Of a stretch of DNA of 64,000 nucleotides, positions 45,850 to 55,506 are shown piece by piece (the first letter of the stretch is position 1; the number at the start of each line of letters is the position of its first letter). Where the stretch lies: NCBI GenBank assembly GCA_034005275.1, contig JAVEVA010000004.1, forward strand, positions 25,355 through 89,354, in the 5' to 3' direction. The position numbers and the translations under genes are program-made. The notes under the pieces were generated by a model. It searched no databases and was not told the DNA's origin. It was given only the letters and a program-made list of their open reading frames with translations. Source of the stretch: Thauera sp. Its GTDB lineage: Bacteria > Pseudomonadota > Gammaproteobacteria > Burkholderiales > Rhodocyclaceae.

Positions 45850-45895
45850 CGGCAGCCAGGCGGGAATTTTTGGATCACATCAATCGAGGAAAAGC

Positions 45896-46171
45896 ATGAA
45901 CAAGGGAGAATTTGTTGACGAACTGGCCGATCGCTTGAATATGCCGCGTACCCAGGCTGATCGGGCTTTGTCTGCCGTGCTTGAGATCATCACCGAACAG
46001 CTGGGCAAGGGCGAAAAGATCGCCTTCACCGGTTTTGGTTCCTTCGAGGTTTCCGAGCGGGCTGCACGTACCGGGCGTAACCCCCAGACTGGTGCTGCGA
46101 TCGAGATTGCAGCAGCCAATGTGCCCAAGTTTACCGCTGGTGCCAGCCTGAAGGCTGCAGTCAACAAGTAA
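45896..46171 (+). CDS. hupB: nucleoid-associated DNA-binding protein HU (beta-type)
   Basis: 'MNKGEFVDELA', 'GFGSFEVSERAARTGRNPQTGAAIEIAAANVPKFTAGASLK'. 91 aa. Confidence 0.95.
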   Translation: MNKGEFVDELADRLNMPRTQADRALSAVLEIITEQLGKGEKIAFTGFGSFEVSERAARTGRNPQTGAAIEIAAANVPKFTAGASLKAAVNK

Positions 46172-46231
46172 CAACAAGCGCGTCAGCGCATGCTCTGCCG
46201 GTGCCAGCACAGCCTGGCACACCAGGAGAAC

Positions 46232-46262
46232 AGGCCTGCATGACAACATGCAGGCCTTTTTT
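46232..46262 (+). terminator. rho-independent terminator after hupB (11-bp stem AGGCCTGCATG / CATGCAGGCCT, loop ACAA, T5-6 tract)
   Basis: Read directly. It lies between convergent hupB and the ABC ATPase gene, with a second hairpin GTGCCAG-cacagc-CTGGCAC at 46201-46220. Confidence 0.8.
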
Positions 46263-46278
46263 GTGCGTGCGAGCCTGC

Positions 46279-47058
46279 TCAGAGCATGCTGTCGAGGAAG
46301 GCGCGGGTGCGCGGGTGACTCGGCGCAGCGAAGAATTCGGCAGCGGGCCGACTTTCGATCAGCTCGCCGCCATCCATGAACACCACCTGGCTGGCGACTT
46401 CGCGGGCAAAGCCCATTTCGTGGGTGACCACCAGCATCGTCATGTGTTCGTCAGCGAGCTGGCGCATGGTGCGCAGCACTTCACCGGTCAGTTCGGGGTC
46501 GAGCGCTGAAGTCGGCTCGTCAAACAGCATGATGTCGGGTTCCATCGCCAGCGCGCGGGCAATCGCCACCCGCTGTTTCTGGCCGCCCGACAGGCGCGAG
46601 GGGTAGGCGTCACTTTTGTCGAGCAGGCCGACTTTCTTCAGCAAGGTTTCGGCTCTGGGCAGGATCTGCTCGCGTTTCATGCCCTTCACCGTCATCGGTG
46701 CTTCGATGATGTTCTGCAGTACGGTGAGGTGAGGAAAAAGGTTGAAGTGCTGGAATACCATCCCCATGCGGCCGCAGAGGCGGCGCAATTCGCTGTCGGC
46801 GGCGTAACGGGCCTGACCGCTGGCGTCGTTGGCCACCAGGGTGTCGCCTTCGATCTCGATGTGGCCGGCGTCAATCGTTTCGAGGTGATTGAGGCAGCGC
46901 AGGAAAGTGCTTTTGCCGGAGCCGGAAGGGCCGATGAGGGCGATCACTTCGCCTTTGGCCAGCGTCAGCGATACGCCATTCAGCACCTGATGGCTGCCGA
47001 AGCGCTTGTACAGCTTGTCGGCCACGATCATCGGCGCACGCTCAGTCGTAGACGGCAT
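46279..47058 (-). CDS. polar amino acid ABC transporter ATP-binding protein (GlnQ/ArtP-like)
   Basis: 'LIGPSGSGKSTFLRCLN', 'LSGGQKQRVAIARALA', 'IMLFDEPTSALDP'. Confidence 0.92.
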   Translation of the reverse strand: MPSTTERAPMIVADKLYKRFGSHQVLNGVSLTLAKGEVIALIGPSGSGKSTFLRCLNHLETIDAGHIEIEGDTLVANDASGQARYAADSELRRLCGRMGMVFQHFNLFPHLTVLQNIIEAPMTVKGMKREQILPRAETLLKKVGLLDKSDAYPSRLSGGQKQRVAIARALAMEPDIMLFDEPTSALDPELTGEVLRTMRQLADEHMTMLVVTHEMGFAREVASQVVFMDGGELIESRPAAEFFAAPSHPRTRAFLDSML

Positions 47059-47692
47059 GGCGTTGCTCCAGGCGCTGGAAGAACCAGGTGAGAACCAGGG
47101 TCATCAGCAGGTAGAAAGCCGCCGCGACGATGAACGGCGTGATGGTGAAGTCGCGCTGGACGATGCCGCGTGCGGCGCGCAGCAGGTCGTTGAGCGCCAG
47201 CACATAGATCAGCGAAGTGTCCTTCACCAGGGTGATGGTTTCGTTGCTCAGCGGCGGCAGGATGCGCTTCATCACCTGGGGCATGACGATACGGCGCATG
47301 GTCTGCGGGTAGGACAGACCGAGCACTTTTGCCCCTTCATACTGACCGCGATCGATCGACTGAATGCCGGCGCGGAAGATTTCGGCAAAATAGGCTGCGT
47401 AATTGAGCGCGAAGGCGACGATCGCTGCAGGAAAGTCGGGCAGACGAATACCGATCACCGGCACGAAGGGCAGGGCGAAATAGATGAACAGCATCTGCAG
47501 CATCAGCGGCGTGCCGCGCATCAGCCAGATGTAGGCACCCACCGCCTGACTGGCGGCGCGCAAGGAGGAAATGCGGATCAGTGCCAGCGCCAGTCCGAGC
47601 GGCAGTGCCAGCGCCAGGGTGATGAAGAACAGCTTGAGCGTGAGCAGCGAGCCTTCGGCCAGCGGGCCGATGATGCTGAAAATGTAGTCCAT
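47042..47692 (-). CDS. polar amino acid ABC transporter permease
   Basis: 'YIWLMRGTPLMLQMLFIYF' and the EAA-like loop 'SIDRGQYEGAKVLGLSYPQTMRRIVMPQV'. Confidence 0.9.
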   Translation of the reverse strand: MDYIFSIIGPLAEGSLLTLKLFFITLALALPLGLALALIRISSLRAASQAVGAYIWLMRGTPLMLQMLFIYFALPFVPVIGIRLPDFPAAIVAFALNYAAYFAEIFRAGIQSIDRGQYEGAKVLGLSYPQTMRRIVMPQVMKRILPPLSNETITLVKDTSLIYVLALNDLLRAARGIVQRDFTITPFIVAAAFYLLMTLVLTWFFQRLEQRHAVYD

Positions 47693-47764
47693 GGCAGTCC
47701 AGATGATCCCGGCTGGCGCACGTGGTGCGTTGCGCCAGCCGGGAAATGAGAGGCGAAGGTGGAC

Positions 47765-48568
47765 TTACTTGATGATGTCCTTGCCGAACCACTGGACCGA
47801 AATGCGCGCGGCGCTGCCGTCGGCTTTCATCTCGTTCATCGCCTGTTGCAGGCGCTCGAGCAGGGCGCTGTCATCCTTGCGTGTGCCGACGCCGTACTCC
47901 TCGGTGCCGAAGTGTTCGTCAAGCACGCTGTACTGTTCCGGCTTCTTGGCAATGTAGTAACGGCCGACCACTTCGTCGAGCACCACCGCGTCCAGACGGC
48001 CGGCGGCCAGATCCATCAGCGCGGTGACGTTGTCGCCAAAACGCTTCATTTCCTTGAAGCTGGTGTGCACCGGATCCTTTTCGATGGCGTCGACTGCACT
48101 GCTGCCGTCCTGTACGCCAACCACCTTGTCGGCCAGATCCGCCTTGAGCGCGATTTCGCTGCCGGTGCTGACGATGATGATCTGGTGGTTTTCCATGTAG
48201 GGGTCAGTGAAGCCGATGTTCTGGCGGCGCTGTTCGGTGATGGTGAGGCCGTTCCACAGTGCGTCGACCCGCTTGCCATTCAGTTCAGCTTCCTTGGCGC
48301 TCCAGTCGATCGGCTTGAATTCGACTTCCATGCCGAGGCGCTTGGCCGCTTCGCGGGCGAGGTCGATGTCAAAGCCGACCAGCGCGTTTTTTTCGTCACG
48401 GAAACCCATCGGTGGGAAATTGTCGTCGAGACCGATGACGATGCGTGCCGGCGCTGCGGCCGGTGCAGCACCGCTGCTGGCCGGGGCGGTATTGTCCTGC
48501 TGGCCGCAGCCGCTGAGGAAAACGCCGGCGGCGAGGGAGGAAAGCAGCAGCGAAGTGAGTCTGTTCAT
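47765..48568 (-). CDS. polar amino acid ABC transporter substrate-binding lipoprotein
   Basis: Lipobox 'VFLSGC', 'GFDIDLAREAAKRLG', 'DALWNGLTITEQR'. I chose the ATG at 48568. Confidence 0.88.
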   Translation of the reverse strand: MNRLTSLLLSSLAAGVFLSGCGQQDNTAPASSGAAPAAAPARIVIGLDDNFPPMGFRDEKNALVGFDIDLAREAAKRLGMEVEFKPIDWSAKEAELNGKRVDALWNGLTITEQRRQNIGFTDPYMENHQIIIVSTGSEIALKADLADKVVGVQDGSSAVDAIEKDPVHTSFKEMKRFGDNVTALMDLAAGRLDAVVLDEVVGRYYIAKKPEQYSVLDEHFGTEEYGVGTRKDDSALLERLQQAMNEMKADGSAARISVQWFGKDIIK

Positions 48569-48695
48569 GTGGATGCCCGTAAAAAGAAGATCAATGGCCC
48601 GGCGTTGTCGCCCGGCCGAAGGCGTGATTTTCGCCGTGAAGTGCAATTAGATCAACCTTTTGCAGGCATGCATGTTGCTCATGAATACATTGGTT

Positions 48696-49229
48696 TCATT
48701 GATCAGCGCCTGCGTTCGGCGTCAAAGGTGCTTCGCCCCGCTCTCTGTTGCGGCTGGTTCTGCCTGACTGCTGGTGCTGGTCGCGCATTGCCTGGTGGGC
48801 GATATTCCGGTCGGGGAGCGATGGTGGCTCCGGGCTTGTGGTGTTGCGGGCGCTGCTGATGCGGTGGCTTGCCCGCAGGAGGCTGAGGCTTGCCGGGCGC
48901 GGTGACATCAGGCCGGGGCCGGAGGAGTGGGGCGGCCGTGGTTTCTGCCCATGCTTGTCCGGGTGAAGCGGCAGCGGGCGAGGCGGAGGGGGTTTGGCGG
49001 TCGGGGGCGGCACCGGATGAATGATCACCGGTCCGGGGCGCTGAACGACGACTCGCGGTGGCGGAACGACCACCAGCGGCGGCGGCGAGCGATAGTAGGT
49101 GTAGGGATAGGCGTGGTACGTGTCGTAGACCAGCGCAGCCCGGTAGGCCGGGCGCTCATGGGCGGGCACCACCGCGCAGGCGCCAAGCAGCAGGCTGGCA
49201 AGGGGAATGAGCAGATGGCGCGGTTTCAT
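48696..49229 (-). CDS. proline-rich putative lipoprotein
   Basis: Signal peptide plus lipobox 'LASLLLGAC', and GGAGG 8 nt before the ATG. The body is low-complexity ('PPPLVVVPPPRVVVQRPGPVIIHPVPPPTAKPPPPRP'). Confidence 0.5.
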   Translation of the reverse strand: MKPRHLLIPLASLLLGACAVVPAHERPAYRAALVYDTYHAYPYTYYRSPPPLVVVPPPRVVVQRPGPVIIHPVPPPTAKPPPPRPLPLHPDKHGQKPRPPHSSGPGLMSPRPASLSLLRASHRISSARNTTSPEPPSLPDRNIAHQAMRDQHQQSGRTSRNRERGEAPLTPNAGADQ

Positions 49230-49420
49230 CCGGTGGTCCTCCGGGCGGGATGGCAGCGCGGTCAGCGCAGGACTGGCATGTCTCCGCCAGCTTAAGCGGC
49301 GACGAAGGCTTCAGGTGTTGCGCAAAGTAAGCAATTGTCGGTGTTTATGAGCTCGGGCAGCGTTTTGCCTGTTTTTTGCGCTTATAGTGCGCGGCTGTCG
49401 TTCTTCGAGTCCTGGTCCCC

Positions 49421-50653
49421 ATGTTCCGTTCCCTGCGTTCGCCCGAGGTGCTGGGCGTCACCCTGGCTGCTGCCGGCATTCTGCTGGTGACGATGGGAAT
49501 CCGTCAGTCGATGGGCTTGTTTGTCAGCCCGCTCAATACCGCTACCGGGCTGGGGATTGCCAGCATCAGTCTGGCGCTGGCGGTGGCTCAGCTGGTGTGG
49601 GGGGCGATTCAGCCAGTGGCCGGCGCAATTGCCGATCGTCACGGCCCGCGTCCGGTACTGATTGGCGCCTTGTTTCTGCTCGCTGCCGGCAGTGCGCTCA
49701 CACCCTGGATGACGTCCGGCTGGGGCTTGGTGCTGACCATTGGCCTGATGTCGGCGATCGGCTCGGGCGCGGCCAGCTTTTCGGTGCTGATCGGTGCGGC
49801 GGCACAGCGCATGCCGCTCGAAGCGCGTGGCACGGCTTCCGGGGTGATCAATGCCGGCGGCTCTTTCGGCCAGTTCCTGTTCGCGCCCATCCTGCAGAAG
49901 CTGATCCAGAGCGTGGGCTGGATGGGCGCGATGTGGGCGATGGCGCTTGCCACGCTCGCCGCTTTGCCGCTGGTGGGCAGGCTGACGCGGACCAGCGAAC
50001 CGGCTGAGGGGTCTGCCGAGGCGAGCGCTCAGGCAGCGGCGGACAAGGGGGTGATGGATGCGATGGCGACGGCGATGAAGGATGGCAGCTACCTGCTGCT
50101 TCATGCCGGCTTTTTTGCCTGCGGTTTCCACATCGCCTTTCTTGCCACCCATCTGCCGGGTGAAGTCGATCTGTGCGGTCTGCCGCCGACGGTGGCGAGC
50201 TGGTCGCTGGCGATCATCGGTCTGGCCAATATTTTCGGCAGTCTGTATGCCGGTGCCTGTGTCAGCCGTTATCGCAGCAAGCACATTCTGGCAGCGATGT
50301 ATGCGTCACGCGCCGTGCTGGTGATCGCTTATCTGTATGCGCCACCGACGCCGTGGACTTTCTACATTTTTGCTGCCGGCCTTGGTTTCACCTGGCTGGG
50401 CACGGTGCCGCCGACTGCCGCGCTGGTCGGCAAGCTGTTTGGCGTGCGCTATCTGGGCACCCTGTTCGGGCTTACCTTGCTGTCGCACCAGCTCGGCGGC
50501 TTTCTCGGTGCCTGGCTGGGTGGGCTGGCACTGACCGAGTTCGGTGACTTCCGCTGGATGTGGTATGCCGACATTGCTTTAGCCAGTCTGGCCGCGCTGC
50601 TCAATCTGCCGATCCGCGAGCAGCCGCTGTCTCGTCAGGCCGTGCCCGCCTGA
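49421..50653 (+). CDS. MFS transporter
   Basis: About 12 hydrophobic segments, with 'GAIADRHGPRPVL' (MFS motif A-like) after TM2. Confidence 0.85.
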   Translation: MFRSLRSPEVLGVTLAAAGILLVTMGIRQSMGLFVSPLNTATGLGIASISLALAVAQLVWGAIQPVAGAIADRHGPRPVLIGALFLLAAGSALTPWMTSGWGLVLTIGLMSAIGSGAASFSVLIGAAAQRMPLEARGTASGVINAGGSFGQFLFAPILQKLIQSVGWMGAMWAMALATLAALPLVGRLTRTSEPAEGSAEASAQAAADKGVMDAMATAMKDGSYLLLHAGFFACGFHIAFLATHLPGEVDLCGLPPTVASWSLAIIGLANIFGSLYAGACVSRYRSKHILAAMYASRAVLVIAYLYAPPTPWTFYIFAAGLGFTWLGTVPPTAALVGKLFGVRYLGTLFGLTLLSHQLGGFLGAWLGGLALTEFGDFRWMWYADIALASLAALLNLPIREQPLSRQAVPA

Positions 50654-50677
50654 GCACCTGCGAGTGGAACGCAGGGC

Positions 50678-51187
50678 TCAGTTCTTGCCGACCTTGCCGG
50701 TGAAATACAGGCCGACCGACAGGGCGACGATGGCGAGCGCGAAATAGAGCAGTTCGAGCGGGGTGGTGTAGCTGGTGTGCAGCACGCGCTGGAAGTAGTT
50801 CACCACCAGCACCATGATGATCACTTTGGCCAGCTTGTCCTTGAGCTGGTCGAGCGAACTGATCACCAGCACTGAATTGTCCTGCTCGTCATCCGCTGCG
50901 TCGATCTTGCCGATGAACAGTTCGTAGATGCCGAAGGCGAAGATCAGCAACACCACGGCGATCAGGTAAAGGTCGATCGCCTCGATCACCCCGGAAACGA
51001 TGTCTTCGTGAAAATGCTCGGGATGGGCGCCGGAGAGCAGGGTCTGCAGCACGTAGTTGCCGACGCCGATCACGTCGAGGCTGGCAATGATGAACAGGAT
51101 CACCGAGCCGAGAAAACTGAAAATGACTGCCAGAATGACAATGAAGCGGCTTTTCCAGAGCAGGTTTTCAAGCAGACGGGTCAGCAT
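50678..51187 (-). CDS. YqhA (UPF0114) family membrane protein
   Basis: 'LLENLLWKSRFIVILAVIFSFLGSVILF', 'IEAIDLYLIAVVLLIFAFGIYELF'. I chose the ATG at 51187. Confidence 0.8.
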   Translation of the reverse strand: MLTRLLENLLWKSRFIVILAVIFSFLGSVILFIIASLDVIGVGNYVLQTLLSGAHPEHFHEDIVSGVIEAIDLYLIAVVLLIFAFGIYELFIGKIDAADDEQDNSVLVISSLDQLKDKLAKVIIMVLVVNYFQRVLHTSYTTPLELLYFALAIVALSVGLYFTGKVGKN

Positions 51188-51335
51188 GGGCAGGAATCCT
51201 CGAAAAATTTGTGGGCGTATGTCAGCCGGAGCGAGACGGTAAATTGCCACAAAGTTTTCGAGGGGTGAAGGTTTTTTGACGGGCTGACGGCGGCAAGGCC
51301 GCCTTGCGGTCAGCGGCCAGCCATCGCTGCTGCCT

Positions 51336-52334
51336 TCAGTCTGCGATGCGCAGGTCGAGCCGTTCGAGCAGGCTGCGGTCGCGTCCGCATTCGGGGTTGG
51401 GGGTGGTCAGCAGGTGATCGCCGTAGAAAATCGAGTTGGCGCCGGCAAGCAGGCAAAGAGCCTGCAAGGCGTCATCCATCTGCTCGCGTCCGGCGGACAG
51501 GCGCACGTGGCTGGACGGCATGGTGATGCGGGCGACGGCGATGGTGCGCACGAATTCGAAGGGGTCGAGCACCGCGCGATTGGCCAGCGGCGTGCCAGCA
51601 ATCGCCACCAGATGATTGATCGGCACCGATTCCGGCGGTGGATCCAGGCTGGCGAGTTGGGCGATGAGGCTGGCGCGATGAGCGCGGCTTTCGCCCATGC
51701 CGATGATGCCGCCACTGCAGACCTTGATGCCGGCTTCACGCACCGCATCGAGGGTGTCGAGCCGATCCTGATAGCTGCGCGTACTGACCACTTCGGCGTA
51801 ATACTCGGGCGCGGTGTCCAGATTGTGGTTGTAGTAATCGAGACCGGCATCCTTGAGCGCCTGCGCCTGCTGTTCATCGAGCATGCCCAGCGTCATGCAG
51901 GTTTCCATGCCGAGCGCTTTGACCTCGCGCACCATGCTGCCGAGCTTTTCCATGTCGCGCGCCTTGGGCGAGCGCCAGGCCGCGCCCATGCAGAAGCGGC
52001 TGGCGCCGCCCGCCTTGGCTGCTTTGGCCGCTGTCAGCACTTCATCGACCGGCATCAGCTTGCCGGCGCGCAAGCCGGTGTCGAAGTGGGCTGACTGAGA
52101 GCAGTAGCCGCAGTCCTCCGCGCAACCCCCGGTCTTGATCGACAACAGGGTCGACAGCTGGATTTCATTGGGGTCGAAATGGGCACGATGGACTTGCTGT
52201 GCGCGGTAGACCAGATCCATGAACGGCAGGGCAAACAGCGCTTCCACCGCCTCTGCGCTCCAGGTTTTGGCAAAGTTGGTGGTAGGAGGCAGGGCCGGGG
52301 TGTCGGTGACGGTAGCGACGGTGTTCATGCGCAT
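51336..52334 (-). CDS. bioB: biotin synthase
   Basis: Radical-SAM '[13 protein letters not shown]', 'RFCMGAAWR', 'YNHNLDT', '[10 protein letters not shown]'. Confidence 0.95.
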   Translation of the reverse strand: MRMNTVATVTDTPALPPTTNFAKTWSAEAVEALFALPFMDLVYRAQQVHRAHFDPNEIQLSTLLSIKTGGCAEDCGYCSQSAHFDTGLRAGKLMPVDEVLTAAKAAKAGGASRFCMGAAWRSPKARDMEKLGSMVREVKALGMETCMTLGMLDEQQAQALKDAGLDYYNHNLDTAPEYYAEVVSTRSYQDRLDTLDAVREAGIKVCSGGIIGMGESRAHRASLIAQLASLDPPPESVPINHLVAIAGTPLANRAVLDPFEFVRTIAVARITMPSSHVRLSAGREQMDDALQALCLLAGANSIFYGDHLLTTPNPECGRDRSLLERLDLRIAD

Positions 52335-52406
52335 TCCTTGCAGGGATAAATATTCGACGACGCTTATTTGTTATTTTGTGTACATAATTATGAATAAGCG
52401 GGCGAA

Positions 52407-52434
52407 ATTATAAACCGGATTACGCAGATGGCAA
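52407..52434 (-). promoter_or_regulatory. candidate sigma70 promoter for bioB (TTGCCA-16 nt-TATAAT on the minus strand)
   Basis: The plus strand shows 'attata' at 52407-52412 and 'tggcaa' at 52429-52434. The AT-rich leader has the inverted repeat CGCTTATT...AATAAGCG at about 52359-52400. Confidence 0.45.
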
Positions 52435-52456
52435 GTGTTTGGCCCTCTTTCAGCTT

Positions 52457-52537
52457 CTTTTCTTGTGGTGCCGGGGCCATGCCCCGGCTCGCAGGCGCGG
52501 GTGCTGCAACGAAGGCTTGCTCGGGGCATGGCCCCGA
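52457..52537. repeat. composite family A REP element
   Basis: 'cttttcttgtggtgccggggccatgccccggctcgcaggcgcgggtgctgcaacgaaggcttgctcggggcatggccccgag', between nusB and bioB. Confidence 0.75.
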
Positions 52538-52596
52538 GTTCACCAAAAATCAAAAGGTGCTTTTTCTGCCCGCAGTGGGTGAGGTGTGTGCTGTTG

Positions 52597-53106
52597 TCAG
52601 CGGCGACGGGTGGTTTTGACTTCGTCAGCACGCAGGCGGGCGGCAGTGCGGTCAAGGACGCCGTTGACGAACTTGTGGCCGTCGGTGCCGCCGTAAGCTT
52701 TGGCGAGTTCGATCGCTTCGTTGATGATCACTCGATATGGCGTGTCGAGGCTGTGGCACAATTCGTGGCTGCCGATCAGCAGCACTGCGTGTTCGATCGG
52801 TGACAGCTCGCTCACCGGCCGCGAGAGCATGGGTTCGAAGTGGCCGCGCAATTCATCGACGTTGTTGATCACCCCGGTGAGCAGGGTGGTGAGCAGGTCC
52901 TGATCGCAGCTGGCAAAGTCGTCGTTTTCCGCTTGCAGGTGATGCTTGATCGTGGTGCTCGAAGTGCCGGCCAGCAGCCACTGATAAATGCCTTGCAGGG
53001 CAAGCTCGCGCGCCCGGCGACGGGCCTGCTGCATGCTGGTGCGGGGGTTGGCCGCGCTGGCCGTGTCTGGCGTCCCGTCCTGCCCGACGTCTGGCTGTTC
53101 GCTCAT
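52597..53106 (-). CDS. nusB: transcription antitermination factor NusB
   Basis: '[17 protein letters not shown]', '[13 protein letters not shown]', '[27 protein letters not shown]'. ATGA overlap with ribH. Confidence 0.93.
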   Translation of the reverse strand: MSEQPDVGQDGTPDTASAANPRTSMQQARRRARELALQGIYQWLLAGTSSTTIKHHLQAENDDFASCDQDLLTTLLTGVINNVDELRGHFEPMLSRPVSELSPIEHAVLLIGSHELCHSLDTPYRVIINEAIELAKAYGGTDGHKFVNGVLDRTAARLRADEVKTTRRR

Positions 53107-53606
53107 TGCACCACCTTCAGCAGGCGGGCCATTTCGACTGCCGCACGGGCGCAGTCGGCGCCTTTTTCCTGCACCCTGGCCTGCGCCTGAGGGTGGTCTT
53201 CGGTGGTGAGCACGCCATTGGCGATCGGCAGCGCGCAGTCAAGGCCGACGCGGGTGATGCCGGCGCCCATTTCGTTGGAAACCAGTTCGAAATGATAGGT
53301 TTCGCCGCGGATGATCGCGCCAAGCGCGACCAGGGCGTCATGGCGGCCGCTGCGGGCCATGGTCTGCAGTACCAGCGGGATTTCGAGGGCGCCGGGCACG
53401 GTGACGATGCTGATGTTGCCGGGGCTGACGCCGAGGGCGAGCAGCTCCTGGACGCAGGAATCGAGCAGAGCTTCGCAGATGTCGAGGTTGAAGCGCGCCA
53501 TGACGATGCCGACGCGCAGCGCACGGCCGTCGAAATCGGGATCGGTCTCGTGGACGTCGGGATAGCGGGCGCCACTGCGGGCGTGTTCGGAATGATTGCG
53601 TTGCAT
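53103..53606 (-). CDS. ribH: 6,7-dimethyl-8-ribityllumazine synthase
   Basis: '[11 protein letters not shown]', '[10 protein letters not shown]', '[16 protein letters not shown]', 'IANGVLTTE'. I chose the ATG at 53606. Confidence 0.9.
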   Translation of the reverse strand: MQRNHSEHARSGARYPDVHETDPDFDGRALRVGIVMARFNLDICEALLDSCVQELLALGVSPGNISIVTVPGALEIPLVLQTMARSGRHDALVALGAIIRGETYHFELVSNEMGAGITRVGLDCALPIANGVLTTEDHPQAQARVQEKGADCARAAVEMARLLKVVQ

Positions 53607-53634
53607 GTCAGTCTCTTGAAGAGGAGGTGGCCGC

Positions 53635-54723
53635 TCAGAGCTTGTCCACGTAGCCGGTGATTTCAAGGCCGAAGCCGGCCATGCTGGGAATCTTGCGCGG
53701 GCTGGCGAGCAGCTGCATCCTGCCGACATTCAGTGCGCGCAGGATCTGGGCGCCGACGCCGAACAGGCGGGCATCCCATTTGAGCTGGCCGCTGCGTTCG
53801 CCGTTGAGGCTGGCGAGCAGTTCGCGGCCGGACTGCGGCCGATAGAGCAGCACCATCACACCGCGTTCGGCGGCCGCGAGGGTGGCCAGCGCAGGATTCA
53901 CCGCAAAGCTGTGCAGGCTGCTGCTGTCGTCGAGGAAGTCGACTACCGAAATCGGCTCGTGCACCCGCACCAGGGTTTCCAGCCCGGGCTGGATGTCGCC
54001 GCGCGAGAGGGCGAAATGGACGTCGCCGGAAGTCTTGTCTTCAAAGGCAGTGAGACGGAAGCGGCCGTGGGCGGTGTCGACGTCTTTCTCGACCAGCTTC
54101 TCGACCAGGTTTTCGGTGGCAGCACGGTATTCGATCAGGTCGCGGATGGCGCCGATCTTGAGTCCGTGTTCGGCAGCGAATTCGATCAGGTCGGGCAGGC
54201 GTGCCATGCTGCCGTCTTCCTTGAGGATTTCGCAGATCACCGCTGCCGGCTCGAGGCCGGCGAGTTGGGCAAGGTCGCAGCCGGCTTCGGTGTGGCCGGC
54301 GCGGATCAGCACGCCGCCTTTCTGGGCAGTGAGCGGGAAGATGTGGCCGGGCGCGACGATGTCTTCCGGGCGGGCATGGCGCGCCACCGCGACCTGAACG
54401 GTGCGTGAGCGGTCGTGGGCAGAAATCCCGGTGGTGACGCCAGTGGCCGCTTCGATCGAGGCGGTGAACGCAGTGCCGTAGGGCGTGCGGTTGTCGGGCA
54501 CCATCTGTTCGAGGCCGAGCTGGCGGCAGCGTTCGTCGGTGAGGGTGAGGCAGACCAGACCACGGCAGTGAGTGACCATGAAGTTGATCGCTTCCGGGGT
54601 GACGAATTCGGCGGCGAGGACGACATCGCCTTCGTTTTCACGGTCTTCTTCGTCGACCAGGATCACCATCTTGCCGGCCTTGATGTCGGCGATGATGTCC
54701 TTGATTGGCGCCAGTGCGCTCAT
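53635..54723 (-). CDS. ribBA: bifunctional 3,4-dihydroxy-2-butanone-4-phosphate synthase / GTP cyclohydrolase II-like protein
   Basis: '[22 protein letters not shown]', 'GLVCLTL', '[11 protein letters not shown]', and a C-terminal GCH-II-like half. Confidence 0.9.
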   Translation of the reverse strand: MSALAPIKDIIADIKAGKMVILVDEEDRENEGDVVLAAEFVTPEAINFMVTHCRGLVCLTLTDERCRQLGLEQMVPDNRTPYGTAFTASIEAATGVTTGISAHDRSRTVQVAVARHARPEDIVAPGHIFPLTAQKGGVLIRAGHTEAGCDLAQLAGLEPAAVICEILKEDGSMARLPDLIEFAAEHGLKIGAIRDLIEYRAATENLVEKLVEKDVDTAHGRFRLTAFEDKTSGDVHFALSRGDIQPGLETLVRVHEPISVVDFLDDSSSLHSFAVNPALATLAAAERGVMVLLYRPQSGRELLASLNGERSGQLKWDARLFGVGAQILRALNVGRMQLLASPRKIPSMAGFGLEITGYVDKL

Positions 54724-54792
54724 GTTGCAGTCCTTTGCCAGCAGGTGGCGGTGAAACGGGGTGGGGCGGCCGGGCTCAGCGCAGTGGTCGGT

Positions 54793-55416
54793 TCAGTTGC
54801 TCTGTTGGCTACTGAGTTGGTAACTGAGCTGCCAGCTGAGCATGCGTTCGACGTAGCGGGCGATGAGGTCGATTTCGAGGTTGACCTGGCTGCCGGCCTG
54901 CAGGCGCTTGAGGGTGGTCACCGCCACCGTGTGCGGGATGAGGTTGATCGAAAACTCCTGGCCATCGACCCGGTTTACGGTGAGGCTGACGCCGTCGACG
55001 GTGATCGAGCCTTTGGCCGCGATATAGCCGGCGATCGTCGCCGGGGCACGGATGATCAGTTCGTGGCTTTCGCCAATTGGAGCGAAACGGACTACTTCGC
55101 CGACGCCATCGACATGGCCGCTGACCAGGTGGCCGCCGAGGCGATCGGCCAGGCGCAAGGCTTTTTCGAGATTGACTTCGGCGCCAGTCTGGTCGAGTCC
55201 GACCGTGCAGTTGAGCGTTTCGCGCGAGACGTCGTACTGCAGGCGGGCGCCATCGATGCTGACCACGGTGAGGCAGACGCCGTTGTGGGCAATGCTGTCA
55301 CCGAGGATGACGTCGCTCAGGTCGAGTTCGCCGCTGTCGACGGTGATGCGAATCCCGTCGGCGAGCGGCTCAATGTGTTCGATGCGGCCAAGTGCCGCGA
55401 CAATGCCGGAAAACAT
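54793..55416 (-). CDS. ribE: riboflavin synthase (alpha chain)
   Basis: 'MFSGIVAALGRI', 'LGDSIAHNGVCLTVV', and the duplicated 'GSITVDGVSLTV'. Confidence 0.92.
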   Translation of the reverse strand: MFSGIVAALGRIEHIEPLADGIRITVDSGELDLSDVILGDSIAHNGVCLTVVSIDGARLQYDVSRETLNCTVGLDQTGAEVNLEKALRLADRLGGHLVSGHVDGVGEVVRFAPIGESHELIIRAPATIAGYIAAKGSITVDGVSLTVNRVDGQEFSINLIPHTVAVTTLKRLQAGSQVNLEIDLIARYVERMLSWQLSYQLSSQQSN

Positions 55417-55506
55417 GAAGGCCTTGATCGAAAAGGGAGAAAGGGCGAATTATAGGGGGAAATGCTGCCGTGTGCTTGCAGCCTGGCTTGTCCCCGGGGA
55501 CTCTGT

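Noticed and set aside
48579-48617. Hairpin GGCCCGGCG-ttgt-CGCCCGGCC as an intrinsic terminator for the lipoprotein gene.
   Set aside because: The stem has a mismatch, and the T-tract on the transcribed strand begins about 10 nt after the stem. This is too weak to call.
52335-52440. BirA operator upstream of bioB.
   Set aside because: Only a single half-site-like 'GGTTTATAA' is present, and it coincides with the -10 box. There is no inverted partner at the expected spacing.
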